DNA of 63,870 nt, counting the filler, from Craspedostauros australis (Eukaryota): the NCBI GenBank assembly GCA_030167865.1. It is 11 parts of 11 records of this genome, joined end to end, with 100 filler letters (N's around TTAATTAATTAA, not from the genome) between each part and the next. Parts side by side here need not be neighbours in the genome. Positions count along the whole stretch, not along the records: positions 1 to 17,017 come from JALAGF010002078.1; 10 more parts are not named here. One strand, written 5' to 3'. Under the pieces are notes generated by a model. The model had not been told where the DNA came from. It saw only the letters and a program-made list of their open reading frames with translations, and did no database searches. Positions 1 through 12,753 of the stretch are shown piece after piece. The translations under genes were made by a program, and so were the position numbers. Numbering within the stretch: the first letter of the stretch is position 1; every line of letters begins with the position of its first letter.

Positions 1-838
1 ACTGCGAATGCAGATGCCTTCCCACGCATCAGTTTCTGTTGACAAAAGGGAGATCACTTGACAATGGTGCGGATGCACATACCGTCAAACATGATTTGCT
101 TCTTTTGTATGTATGCCTCATGTGGTCTTGGAACTGAACTCCGCAAAGGAAGAACATCCATGTCTTTGTTGGTGCAAACTCTTGGGTGAGATCCTGTTTT
201 GCGGCGGGGATGCGCTGAGTGTTGGAAGTCCAAATCTGGTAAGCACAAGTGTGAGGACAAATGAAGGATCATCCCTTTTGATTTGAAGCCATACGGAATG
301 AACGAGAGCCTTGGACTTGCGTGACAAACAAGTGGTCGATGATCAATATACGGAGGCGAATCGTCGTGCAGAAGGCATAACCTATGTATCCCAACCAGCA
401 CAACAGATAACACAGAACTGATGGGTGACTGGAGGCACTCTTTGAACACAGAAGTAGCAAACATAGGCAGGAAAGCTTGCAAGGAGAATGGTAGGTTCAC
501 AACAGCAAGGAGGACGACGGAGCCTGATAAGAACACATCTAACTCCTTTCCTCCTCTACGCAAGCAGGAGAGTATGCAAGAGGCAATGAATGCGATTTAC
601 AACACATAGCATCACTAGTGTATACATTGCAACATTGAGAGAGTTGTTTCGATACTATTGTTGCTGGATGTGGAGCACAGATAAGATTTGCATCCATCAG
701 TACAAAACAACACGGTAAAACACACAGTATTTGTCCAAAAGCACAGGCGACAAATGACGACATTGAACGTTTTTTTTCTGCGAGTGTTCGAGTGAGTCAG
801 ATCCTGTTTTGCTCCGTGTTAAATCTCCACGTTAAGTT

Positions 839-927
839 ATTTTTTGCATCCTGACGCAACAAATTGAGAATCTCCGGGTGACTTGCGTCAGGATGCAAAA
901 AATGGGCGTTTTTGCACCCTGACGCAA
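839..927. repeat. Perfect 21-bp inverted repeat plus a third direct copy; probable DNA-transposon subterminal repeats
   Basis: attttttgcatcctgacgcaa (839-859) is the exact reverse complement of ttgcgtcaggatgcaaaaaat (883-903). A third copy, tttttgcaccctgacgcaa (909-927), has one mismatch. The adjacent 1-770 region holds only broken ORFs. Confidence 0.75.
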
Positions 928-988
928 AAAAATTTCTCCATGGATATTATTATGCGTACTCTACTCTCTAGTAATTTCCTGACTCGAT

Positions 989-3900
989 TCAATCTCGTGG
1001 CCAACCACCATGATCAAACATGGGGATGTTGGCGAACAGCTCATCGTCTGCCTTGATGAGCCCACTGCTGACGGCTTGGCTGCAAATGCGCACGAGCCGC
1101 CGCTCGATGCTGGAGGGAGAGGGGAATGATTCCGCATGGTTGCTCACCCATGAGTTGATGTCGTCCGAAGGACAGGAGTCAATGATGACGGACGGTACGC
1201 AGTTGTTGTCACCGACGAAGGAGGACTCGATATGATCAACGATGTTCTTGTGGTGAAACGCCCCGCCTTGGTCCCGGCCATCCCGGTCGGAGACCAGCGC
1301 GAAGATTCCGCGAGTGGTGGTATGGAGAAGCAACGCTGCATCATGAAGCGTCGGATCCCACCACGCCGGAAGTCCATGCATGGAGTCGGGAACGTCCGGT
1401 TGTTCAGCCAGCTTCAATACGTCATCAAGCGAGCTCGCGGCATCGAAGATGCCGTGGATTGACTTGGACATCCGCACCCGCCTCAACAATACGTACGAAT
1501 TGCGAACGGCCTCGATGGAGTGACCGCCCAAAGACAGACACGGGTCAGGCAGGGGGCATTGGGGATGAGTGTCGTATTCAGGATACAGGCTGATGCCCAC
1601 TCCTGTTAGATATTCTCCCCGACTGCCTCGAGTTTGGACAGTCTGGTTGCTGTTCCCAACCAGGCACAACCTGAGACATTGAGGAAGCAAGTAGGTTTTC
1701 GCGTATCTCATCATCTCGTCGCCAGATGGGATCAATTCGCTGCCAGTTCCCGGACCCAGCCTCGCAATGACGGCGGAACGAAAGTTCTCCCATGAGAAAC
1801 GTCCAACATCGCCAGCTGCATCATATGCGCCAGTGCGCCTCTTCAAATGCGCGCGAAGAGAATTCAACAAGCCTGTGGAAATGGCTTGTCTGTCAATGCC
1901 ATCGCGGCTGCCACCCTCATCCGAGTCTTCACGTCCACGTTCACGTTCACCTTCATGCCCCTCACCATCGCCATGGTGGGTGCCAGCATTGTTCCCTGGG
2001 GTGTATGGCCAGCCGTAGCACAGCAACGCAGCGCAAATGCTTGCTCGCAGACGAGCATTCTGTGCAAAGATGGTTGGGACATCCATCGTTCCGTTCTTGA
2101 AGCTGCCATCGCCACTGCCACTGCCACTCGCAATGTCCGTGCTTTCGTCTTCGCTCTGTTCCTTGGCAACCGGCACCAACGAGGTGTCGATTCCACGTTT
2201 CGTCGCATTGTGCGATGGGCTCGACCTATTGCTGTCGGTTGCGACAGCTTTCCAACTTTCCACGATATCAATGGTGTGACCGTCAGTGTAGGCCAACGCA
2301 CCGATGGCATACCTGGTGAGGTTCATCGGCACTCCCACTCCACGGTGGAATCTTGGAGCATCGGCGCCATACGCAATCTGGTGCAATTCTGCACTTGCTG
2401 CGCCGTTGGTGAAGTCACTGCCATCATTCAAGCTTCGATGATTCGTCGCGCATTGTGATCCGCTGAAACCAATGCCATGCTTGGCATCCAATTGCTCCAT
2501 GTACGCATTTCCCACGTTTGGGCCGTGCAGACTCATGACTGTCGCTGTCCAAATCTCCCGATGCACGGCAATGGATGCCTTCAACTTCTCATTAGATGTG
2601 ACATGTGTCACGAGACCACGCTCTTCTCGATTGCTTTGTTTGCGGTCGTGATGAAGCCGCCCTTCAATGGCTGATACGACGTCGGCAAGCCGAAGATCGA
2701 GCAATCGTCCGTCGGGCATCATCAAATCGATTCTCTGGCTCGGAGCTGTTGTTGCTGCTGCCGCTCCTGCACTTGCTGCCTTCGGATGTCCTTCCGCGCG
2801 TTTCTTCGTCGAGGATTGCGACGTTGGCATATCAGGTTTCATTTTCTTTCGTGCGGCCGTTTGTTGCCTGCTGCTGTCCGTCCCTTTTGATGTCGAATTG
2901 CGCTGGCCCAGATCGATTGCGCTCCCAGTGTTGCCGCCGACCCCATCAGCTCCGGCTCCTTGACAGCCAATTTTGACGATCTGCTCTCTCAATTTTCTCA
3001 GGGTGACGAAATCGGACCAGTTCTGCTTGCGCGTGCCAGCAGCAACAGTCGTAGTCGCGGCAGCAGGGAGAGGAGAAGGCGGAACCTTCGTACTGGAAGA
3101 CGCCACCGTGGCCGGGGCCGATGAAGGAACTGACGTTGCCGTTCCACCTTTTTCACGCAGCGCAACTGCATTCTTTTCGCGCTCCGCAGACGAAGCCGCC
3201 GCAGCAGCCACCGCGGCATGAATTTCCTGCTGTGCCTTTGCCTTGGCATTCACGAGAGCGTTATCGAACACATGCTTGATGGATGTAGTGATCGACGAGA
3301 GGTTCAGATGAGCCTGTCTGCAGCATGCATCTTGAGTTAGGCACGTCGTGGCTCTGGATTGGAATGGTAACGAAGTATCATGCATCATCGCATCGTAGTT
3401 GCCCAGGCCGTGCACAAAAGTGCCGACCACTATGCCAATATCGCAGCCTCTGTCCCACCAGCAAACTGGAGGAGGATCCTGGACTGTCTTTGGGACATGG
3501 AGGGCCAGGGCGAGAATGAGCTCTTCCGTGGTGACGAGCCTGATCTTGAGGTCGATGTCCAAAGAGCTGACCTCACTGATGGGGCAGCCGCGCTTTCCAA
3601 GCTCTTCGTACCCGAAGGACCCAAGTATGTCGTCAAGCACAATGTTGATGATGTGGTGTATGCGCGTGAGGATGAATATCCGGCGCAAGATGCGCAGGCC
3701 TGCACCTCCTCGCATTGTTTGCAGTAGGGATGGATCTGTGAGAACTGCGGGGAGTCGCAGTGTCTTGCGGCCTCCGTCGACTTCCTCGAACAGTTGCAAA
3801 GCTGTTGAAACCGCATTCGCAATCCAAACTCTTTCGACTGGATCCGATCCACCGATGGTTCGAAGCAAGAGTTCTTGATCAGGTTGCGTTGGAGACGCAT

Positions 3901-6900
3901 GGAGTTTCGTCAGTAACGACACTCCGACCTGCAGAGATACATGATAGAAGTCTGAACAGCGAAGGAAGGAATGTTGCATGCGTTCCGTCCGACCGAATGT
4001 ATATGTGCGTGTGCATGACTCGATGGTACGAGCACGCGGGAAGATCCAAATTGGGGAAGGATAACAAAGGGTGAGAGAACCATGACAGACCTTTGTCACA
4101 CTGCACCATCACTATCATATCATCGTTATCGCCACCGATAGCACCACCAGCATTGTACCCATTTCTATCGATCGACTCGAATCTATCGACTGAGTCCATT
4201 TCGGCATGTGCGTACTCGTACTGGTACTGTCGGTATGGTATGGCGAATCCACGAAAGACGGCATCCTTTGATCGAAAGACTTACATGATCTCAAAAACAC
4301 TTCGATGTCTTGAATGGGGACGCTTGTGAGGCTGGATTCGTGTCGGATCTTACAGAAACGGGAGAAACCGAACCTCAGAAAGGCTGCCGTCACTCGGTGA
4401 AACTGGGGCAACTCCCATGCCTGCCTGAATCTCTCCGTGGCTGGGTTTTCATTCTTGGCTCTGCGCATCATGCGTTTGCGATCCATGGATTTCTTGGGCT
4501 TCTTTTGTTTCGCATCCTTGCTGATCTTCTTCTTCGGGGTGGATCCTAGTTGGCTTGTCTTCTCACCTGACATCGCTCTTTGCAGCGACTCTGTATCCGA
4601 GCTCTTCTGTGCTTGTCTGAGAATGCCTTTCTGTCCCTGCTTGTGCGCCAATTTCTGCGCTTTCTTGGCCATCTCCGCACTGCGAAGTTCCTCCCTCTCC
4701 CGTTTCTTCTTGTTCTTTGCATCCTGCTTCTTTTGCAACTTCTCAAGCCGAAGTTGTTCCTTCTCTTCCTTCTCTTGCTGCTTCAGGAAAGCGATCTTAT
4801 CCTGCTTCCTTTGCTCTATCTCGACGTACTCGGCATACGGGTCGAACTGCTGGACTTGCTTTCTGCTGCGTTTGACGCCGTCATCAAGCATCTGAGCGAC
4901 GTCCTCGGGAGTCTCAACAGGCGCATCGAAGCCGACAGCCTTGGACCAAAAGTCTGGATCGTCCAAGTCGACATCCTTCTCACCGTCTCGCGTGTCAGCA
5001 ACGAAGCTTGCTTTGCTGAAGCTTCCCAATCCTGAACTACCCATGCCACCACCTTGCTGGGCTCCATAGACGATCTTCTTGGAGCTCTTGGCAAGGAGTT
5101 GGTCGATGTTCGATTCCATGAATTTCTCCGCGTCCTTGTCATCATCATCCCGGAACACGTCGTACGCCCCCCTCTTGAGCAACTCGTCGATCTCCTTCGC
5201 CTGTGCTTCCTTCTCGCTCTTCGCTTTCGGCTTGCTCCCATCACCCTGATCATTCTGCTCTCTGCTCTGCGACAGGACGGCTCGTTCCAGACCGAGCTTC
5301 ATGCTTGTGCAATGGAACATGTGCATTTCATAGGTTTTGGCGGTGAGAAGGCGATACACACGAACGGCTCTGGTTTGCCCGATTCGGTGAGCTCGGGCCA
5401 TCGCTTGGAGATCATTTTGTGGGTTCCAGTCGCTGTCGAAGATGATGACAATATCGGCCGCTGTCAAGTTCAACCCAAGCCCTCCCGCCCGAGTGCTTAG
5501 CAACATGACGAAGCGTTTGCAAGTCTTCCTCGTGAATCGGTCGACGGCCGCGGCTCTCGCCGAAGACGAGGTGGATCCGTCCAGCCGCTCGTAGCGGTAC
5601 TTCATTATCTTCAGCAGCTCTTCCAACAGGTTGAGCACCCGCACCATCTGGCTGAAGATCAGCACCTTGTGCCCGTTTTGGAACAGTTTCGGGAGGAGCT
5701 TGGACATGAGGACCATCTTACCGGACGACTTGATCAGCTGCTCGCCGAAGAGCTTCACGTAATCAACAGGCTGGGACGCAGCGTCTTCAGGTTTCTGCGA
5801 TGCCTGAAGGGCCGTTGCCGCATCGGCCAGGATCCGTTCCTCCGCCCCTCGAACCAAGTAGGGGTGATTGCAGCATTTGCGGAGCTCCATCATGACGTTC
5901 ATGAGACTCGGAGCATTGCTCGGTTTGGAACCCTTGAAGAGGAAGCCGGTGTTCCTTTCGTAGATGGCCTTGTAGTACTTCTTCTGGATGGGCGTCAACG
6001 TGACTTCCAGGATGGTTTCCTCCTTCGGTGGCAGCGACTTCTCGACATCTTCCTTCACGCGACGCAACAAGTACGGCTTCAGCAAGGAATGGAGCTCACC
6101 CACCTGCTCCGCATCTCGAAGTTCCCCGAACTTCTCCAAAAAGTCTTCCTTGGACCTGAATGCTTCCCGATCGGCAAAATGCAAGAGTGCCCACAGCTCT
6201 TCTGTCGCATTCGCCAACGGTGTGCCAGTGAGCAAAAGGCAGAAATCGCGAGGAACCGATGACAACTCATCGAAGAGCTTTGACTTTGAGTTCTTCAGCC
6301 GGTGGGCTTCGTCGACGATGAGTGCACGCCAACGTATACTTGAGATCGTTGCGATATCTTTGAGCACGACCTCGTATGTTGTGATCATGATGTGGAACTT
6401 CGTGACGTGCTGTCGCCGTAGCTTTGTCGAGCGTTCTTTGGACACGTATGGCGGCATGTAGTGAAACTCATGTTCGGCCAGGAATGCTCTTGCATCTGCG
6501 GAACCGTGGTACAGAAGGATGTTAAGATCTGGCGCCCAAGATGTGGCTTCGGACTTCCATTGCCCGATGAGTGATAACGGAGCAACGACGAGGAACGGTC
6601 CGCGAAGACCCAGCATCGGGTTGTCCTGCAGCTGCTTCAGGAAGCATAGTGACTGGATCGTTTTCCCCAAACCCATTTCATCCGCCAGGATGCATGAGCG
6701 GTGATTCCACCAATTGAAGAGCAGCCAGTTCACTCCTTCAAGCTGATAACTCCTCAGCCGGAACCCTTCGCCTTCGTCCTGCCGGTGGACCAACTTGGCC
6801 TCTCCGTTGCTGTCCTTCTCCATCATGCCACGGGGACGCTCTGATATTCCAAACCTGGGTGATTCCTTAATCTTGCGGAAATCTCGAATGCTCGGATGCG

Positions 6901-8983
6901 CTTTGTTAACAGCGCGCTGGATTATCTCCGCTGGGGGCGGCTGCTGTCGAACCCAGAAATTCTCAGCCTCGTCCACCCCATCTCGCTTGATGTCTCTCCA
7001 GTACTCCCATGTTACCTCCGCGTACGGGAGGCCTTTCCATTTGACGATGTATCGCACGTTATCCTCCGGATCCCACGCAACCCCCTTGTGGATGCTGAGT
7101 AAGTTGCGGTGAGAATTCCACTTGTCGATGTCTTTCGAATGGGTCTCGACGAGATCGCCCTTGTCGCTCTCGCTCTTGCCATCAATGATACTGCTGCTGC
7201 TGTTGCTGTCGTTGTTGGCGTTGCTATCGCTATTCTCGTCGCCGTTGTCTGGATGCGGCTCCGTTGGGGCCTCGGAGATCTCCCCGTCTTTGCTTTGGGC
7301 TGGGCTAGAGCTCGACAAATCCTGCGGTTGGCCCTCGCTTTGTTCCGTTTCCAGATTTGCGGTTCTCTGTTTCGCAAAGATCGTTACATCCATATCGGTT
7401 TCGTCGCAAGACATTATGCGTTCAACTTCCAAATGTGTTGGTGAAAAATATTCCGAAGCATGATCGCTTTCGTCAATGGGGTCACCTGGTGGTATCCCAG
7501 CTTCATTCTTCGTTAGTTGCTTGTCATAACCCGGATGGGCTGTCGATAGGACCGCCCGTTCCTCTCTGGTCACCTTCTTCCAGTCCTTTCCGAGCGCGAT
7601 CTCCTGAGCTTGCGCAAAGCGTCTCAGCTTTTGTCGGGCTGTGTTGTTGGACTGGTCGAACTTGATGAGATCTGTGCTTCTTTCCCAACAAGCATGGAGA
7701 TGTGAACGCCCTCGCCATTTGACCAGATACACCTCTTCGAGGTTGTTGGCGTCACCTTGGTCTGCGACAGGCTTGATTCGGAACTTTGGTCGGCCGTTCG
7801 TGTCTTCGAACTCTTTTGCGCATGCCAAAAGCAAGACGATCGGGCACTTCGTAGGATTGAGTCTGGAGATCTCAATCCGTACCGACGGGTCGTTCCACAC
7901 CATTGGATGCGCGATGGCATTGTACTGCAGCCGATGCGCCTCAGCGGCATCGATGGTTGGAGACGAGGTTGGTGGATCGGCATGATCTCCCGGGATATTC
8001 TCTGGTATCCATTCGAGTTCAGTGACAACCCTGCAGTTCCACGCCAATGGCTTTTCCATGACGAAGATGTGGTTGAAGCATTCTCTGGAGTGCCACAAAG
8101 TCGTCAGCATGCCGAGGGGCGGACTATCCAGCGTTGCATTCGAGACGAGTGCTGTTGCCATCTGCTTTGACTTTGGCTGGCCAGCGGATCCAGAAGACCC
8201 CGCCATCCAAGCTTGATCGCCACCGGCATCGTCCGACTGGGCGCTCCCATCGCCATTTCCGTGCTGCTGACGATCGTCGGAGGAGCCAACCTCATGAGTG
8301 GAACCGATGCTGCTGCGGTTCGCTCGGGCAGAATTCGACCGGGCGAGCTTCAGAGTCTTTCTTTTCTTGAGTGACTTGGATTTGGCTGGTTCTCCAAAGT
8401 CGTCTTCATCGTCTTCGGACGAATCCGTGAGGAAGTCGTCCGAGTCAGTCTCCTGGGTCTCCTGGTAGATGGGCCGTTGTCTCTCCGAAATTCTGCCAGA
8501 CGCTCGCGACTTGTTGCGGCCCCAGTCAATGTACAGGCCTTTTAACGACAACCGTACAACGAAGGGCTGCTCTGACAGCACGCTCACAACAGAATGCTTC
8601 CGCTTTGCAGGGGTTTGCGTCGGCATCATCGCGGCTGCATTTGGCGGTGGGTGGGTCGGCGGGAGTGATGGTTTGCGCGGGATCGACATCGACATTGACG
8701 ATCCGCCTGTCGCATTTTCCTTGGTGGTTGGAACTGCGGATGTCTGCATCTTCGTCGGAATTGTCAGAGTGATGCTCGGGGGCCGACGCTGCGATGCTGA
8801 CGTTGATGTAGCCGCTGGATGTCGCGGAATCTTCATCGACACCGCATCGCCCGAAGCTCGTCGGTCTGCGCCGGGCGGCGGCGGTCTGGACCGTTGTTTC
8901 TTGGGAATGGCTCCCATCATGAAGGATGTTGCCGGCTTGTCGTGCGCATCCTTGTCGGTGTCTTTGTCTCTGTTGGGATTCAT
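989..8983 (-). CDS. CHD-family (CHD6-9/Kismet-like) chromodomain SNF2 helicase, 2 exons (8983-4285, 3951-989)
   Basis: Two chromodomains (YLVKWRGRSHLHACWE, YIVKWKGLPYAEVTWE). SNF2 motifs LADEMGLGKT, IVDEAH, LLTGTP, MELRKCCNHPYL, STRAGGLGLNL, DSDWNPQNDLQAMARAHRIGQ. C-terminal LPAWWD..HDAALL. A GTAAG...CAG intron at 4284-3952 joins the two long ORFs in frame (FLRSY|FYHVSLQ). Confidence 0.92.
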
Positions 8984-9987
8984 GGTTGCGAGACGCCACG
9001 AAGAGAGGGGCAACTGCCGCTCTCAGCACGCACTTGTGGTGACCGGCAGAGGTTGGTGCTTTGTGGTATCTGTACGAGCTACGGGTCCAATACGGACATA
9101 GAAGTACGAGTACGACTGTGTGTGCTACGACCTATGTATCGCAGTAGGTATGTCGGTGGACTTCGAATAGGATGATGTGCTGGGCTGGGTGCATTCAGCG
9201 CGACCTCCGAACAACTGTGTGTGGCATTCGTATACAGCAGTATGGAGCGGCTGTTGCGATGGTGCTCTTCGCTGATCTGGTGCTACAGGACGAGCACGCG
9301 AAATCGCATTGATGCGGCAGTGCGATTGTGAGCGGTGCCTCGGGTTGCCTCCGTTTGTGCTGGCTGCCATCCTTTGCTGTGGTCGCTGCAGGCTTCGCAG
9401 TGGAAACTGTACCGTGGCTCTCGTAGCCGATCTTGTTCCGCCATTGTCGCAATCCGGAAACCACACATCTCTGTGTTTGCGTGTTTGTGCCTTTGAGGGT
9501 TTCGATTGTTGCGCTTGTGGTCGGGAATCATTAATCCCGCTAAATTAATTGTATATTTGATGGATGTCGCACCTCCCATTGGTTTTGTTTTGGTTGTGTC
9601 TGTGTTTGTCGTTGTTCGTTGTTCGTTGTTGGTTGGGGCCTCACAGAGGCCGCCAAGGCATAATCATTGCTCTGCATCTACTACGACTACTCCAGCATAT
9701 GCAATAGAATGTATAATATCTTTGTACCACACTATTCCATGATGAAGTATTGCACCACGCAAAAAGTCCATGCTGTGATGCTGGTGCGCTGATGGTTTCG
9801 AATGCACAGGTTGTGCTAATATCATCGTCGCTTGTCGCTTGTCGCGATCATCATCTCTCCAGAGAGTACGACACTTGCCTTCGTTGCACCTGGTCCTTGG
9901 AATGAAAGAATAATCGCAGATTGACGAACATGTGCCCACTCTACTCTCATGGTACTCGTACGAGTATATACTCCATGATGCTCCGTC

Positions 9988-11971
9988 CTACGTTGGAGCT
10001 CGCGTGGATGACGGGAAGAGGTCATCGATACATCGGAAACCGCAACCTTCTTCAAATGCGTAGCACTGCTGTTTCGATTCTTCGATCTGCAGCACTCCGT
10101 CGGAAGAACATGGAAAGACGGGCGAGCACTGTTTCATGGTTCGTGCTCGCGCCTTGCGATACTCAACCAAGGCTTTTGCAAAGATTTCTCTGCCCAGCCG
10201 ATCAATCGTCTTTTCCAGCGATGCGTTAGCAGCAGCGTGAAAAATGTAGTCCCCGTAGTGCTCCGCCCAAAATGAGTCGGACTTGGTAAAGTTCTCGACG
10301 GCCGGGATGGGTTGGTACGATTGTATCTTCACGCAAGCGGCTGACTTCCTTCTTCCATTCTGTTGCTTCTTCCTGAACCCGTAGATGCCGGAGATTTTCG
10401 ACGAGAATGCAATAATGTCGGTCGTGTCGAGTCCAAGCACTAACTGCAAGGCAACCAGTGATTCGTCCATGCGCTCGACAGTCCCGATGAAGTCGTAGCT
10501 CTCCACCACACGTTTCACACGTTCCTGCAATCCCAGCGGATCGATGATATTCGCAGGTTGCGACGGATGCCACGCGCTCGACTCATCGCTGACCTGGATC
10601 ATGGCGTATTGGAGCTGGAAGCCACCGCGACCCTCAGACGTCCCACCGTAGTGTAAATCCTTATTCTGCATCACCGACATCACAGAGCCAGGATCGGCAA
10701 GCATGTCGGGAGTCGTAGCAAATTGAGAGGCCGCCCTTGAGAGAGACCGAGAAAGCGGATCGCGAACAAGCGTCCAAAGGAAGCTGAGCGGGTCGCGCCT
10801 GCGATAATAAAAGCCGGGGACGTTGCCGTCATGCCTGATGCAAGACTGTGTGAAATTGTGCCTCTTGGCGAAGTTGACGGCGATTCGTTTGTTGATCCCA
10901 GCCAGTGTCCTGCCATGTCCGTTTCATGTTTCATGTTTTGTGTGCGGTATCGGTGCGTGCGTGAGTGGATGTTGGCCCATTTACCAGTGCCGGTTTGTTG
11001 CGTTAGTGTCACGATTTGCTTGCGTAGAGTATGTGCGTTTGCATGTTCATTGGCATTCGCTGAGTGGCACCACGAACCCCCTACGGGTGGAGACACAAGT
11101 ATCTATAGGGACGTGCGAATTACAGTGCATCATCATGTGCGTTCTGTTTCTCTAGTTGCCACTTCCTGCGACAGCTGCAAAGTCGTCGGCTGCATTACTT
11201 CTCCTGCAAACCAAAACTCTGACAAAACTTACGTGGATGCTGCGCGAGGAATCTTCAAGTAGCACAGTCCCATGGGTCTGACCCATCAAATCGTAGGATA
11301 ATCGAATGGGTATAGTTTGTGGTGCACAAGCTCAACGACGAGCGTGACGTATGGGGGCGAGAGGTGTCAGCATCAATGCGGTAACGTAATCGCGCTCAGC
11401 TTCCTCCTCCTACTTTGCTGCACTGAAGAAGATTTCAGACCACCAAGGGTGGCGACTGGCTGCGGCTGCGATTGCGATGAACCCACACACAATGAAAACG
11501 ATTGAAGGTACGCATTCTGTCACTCACACCCGACATCTCACATCCCACACCCCATCATATCACCACGCTGTTCTGGGTTCACCTCTGTACGAGTAGAATA
11601 GCGAAAGTGCTCTGTCGGAACAACAACATCGAAGTCTTCCGATTGTCTGCGCAACTGAATGCACCGTCAACTCCTCAAGAGTATGAATCTGCCACTCACT
11701 CTCCCTTGTTTTGCTCGTATTTGAGTGAAGCATCGATGCACCATTTTTTGTAGCTGACCTCCGGAAATGATCTTGATAGGTCCATGCCGACATGCTCCAA
11801 GTGCTGTTGGCGCATCTGCACGATGGCAGGCACCTTCTCCATTGTTGTTGACGGACCGTTTGATCCCGAAGACGAACCGCCAGGGTTGCTGAGGAAGATA
11901 TTCGAGAAGACAAGGGAGATCGCAAGGATGCACGCCGCCGTGGTCCTGATGCACTCTTTGCAGCGTATCAT
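9988..11971 (-). CDS. Multi-exon membrane-anchored sulfotransferase-like protein (Gal-3-O-sulfotransferase-like); exon structure approximate
   Basis: N-terminal hydrophobic anchor (ORF 11696-11971). PAPS-binding-like LCYLKIPRAAST..LAG split by an intron near 11232, then LWTLVRDP and YDFIGTVERMDESLVALQLVLGL in the last exon. Confidence 0.7.
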
Positions 11972-12753
11972 TTTGATGGTGCTGGCTGCAGCGCGAGGTG
12001 ATCCCGATGATCCATCAACAACGAATTGACATCAGCTCTCTTGGGATGAAGGGGGTTGCATCGAGCGGGGGTGTACATCCAAACAACTCTCCTCTCTGTC
12101 TCTATCTCTTTGCCATATATTAGTATGTGTATGGTATGTTGCATGCCTCCGATGCATTTGTGGATTCAGGCTGGAGCCGCAACCGCAACCACAATGGCGT
12201 CACACGCCAGAGGAGACAGAGGTGTCCATTGTGCTCATCGTGCTTCTCCATGCAGACGTGTTCGCAGCTACCCCACAATGCATGGGGGGAGAACGACAAA
12301 CCGAGAAGCGAAATGTCTGGATCTTTCATCGGTCATTTCGACTTGACACCAAACAACCACGAATAGTCTAGAGAATAGTCTAGAATACTCGAATGAACTC
12401 GATGACGAGCACGGAGAAGTGGTTGCGGAATCCTCTCCACGTTCGATGTACTCCTCCAGGTGCGGTACTCTGTCTGCCTCTCTCTCTCTCTCTCTCTCTT
12501 GAGAGTGTTCTTGCTGGTTTAGTTTGTACATGGAAGCAAGAACGCCAGATAGTACCATCCTCACAACGTGCCAAGTGCTCTTCCTGTGTGGGGTGGATTC
12601 AATCTGACCTGCGCCTTGGTCGAACACCCCAAATCTCCAGAGCACCAAGAGTCATCATGGAGTGGCGTCAGGAGGGAAGACTTATTTGAGTATAATACGT
12701 ACGAGTATGTACAAAGTAAGGACGCTGCTCAAGATGATTGATTTGGCACCTGC

